A stretch of 64,000 nt of DNA, taken from positions 88,350,001-88,414,000 of the forward strand of contig OX597822.1 in assembly GCA_951406725.2 (NCBI GenBank), written 5' to 3'. The translations under genes and the position numbers were made by a program. The notes beneath the pieces are model-generated. The model was given only the letters and a program-made list of their open reading frames with translations. It was not told the DNA's origin and made no database searches. The DNA comes from Octopus vulgaris. Its lineage: Eukaryota. Below are positions 63,571-64,000 of this stretch, in pieces (positions within the stretch are counted from its first letter, which is position 1; each line of letters begins with the position of its first letter).

Positions 63571-64000
63571 GTTTTAACTGTACTATTGTCGATGTGAGAA
63601 CGACTGCTACTCATGTATTTTAATTCATTTTTATTTATTATTATTTTTTTTCATATAACTTCTGGTGTGTTTAGTTTAATGTCTTATCAATGTATATAGT
63701 GAGTTTCTTTGCCATAGGAGTTGGGAAAACACTTGGCTAGAAAAGACAACAAAATTGAAGAAAAAAAACTCATAATAATAATAATAATGCAGAATTAGAA
63801 GAGCATAATATGTAATGAGAACACAGACTGATTTTGTAATTGAACAAGTGAGATCACCAAGTAACTTGCAAGGCAAAGGGAAAAGCCTTGAGACCTGGTG
63901 GGATTTAAACAGAGAGGGAGATGACTTTATACCAGATGATGAGAGTCTAAGTGAAATATAAGAACTCCTAACCAAGGACTAAAAGTGAATTATGAATTTG

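Overview
Eukaryotic, AT-rich, microsatellite- and transposon-dense genomic DNA. The repeat landscape suggests a coleoid cephalopod, probably Octopus (inference). Two spliced genes converge tail-to-tail, both reconstructed by hand with GT-AG junctions and consistent phases. On +, a complete 7-exon YJU2B/CCDC130 splicing-factor gene (11871-28141, 390 aa). On -, the last 7 coding exons of the FGGY carbohydrate kinase (61371 down to 32781; its 5' part lies beyond the window). The rest is decayed transposons: MULE, mariner, maT-like, hAT (one full-length copy with TIRs and TSD), a Merlin-type MITE, Helitrons, RTE, CR1/L2, R4/Dong and Penelope remnants, tRNA-derived SINEs and two LTR-like repeats. 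Most notable: (i) a CpG-retaining island inside the 15.7-kb FGGY intron carries an intact 195-aa orphan ORF and a near-canonical type I hammerhead ribozyme motif, both on the FGGY strand; (ii) a 188-bp spacerless palindrome and a second long inverted repeat lie between the two 3' ends; (iii) an RTE copy ends in three C2H2 zinc fingers; (iv) a head-to-tail Helitron dimer. No prokaryotic-type system (CRISPR, operon) is present. All homology calls are from recalled family motifs, not database searches.
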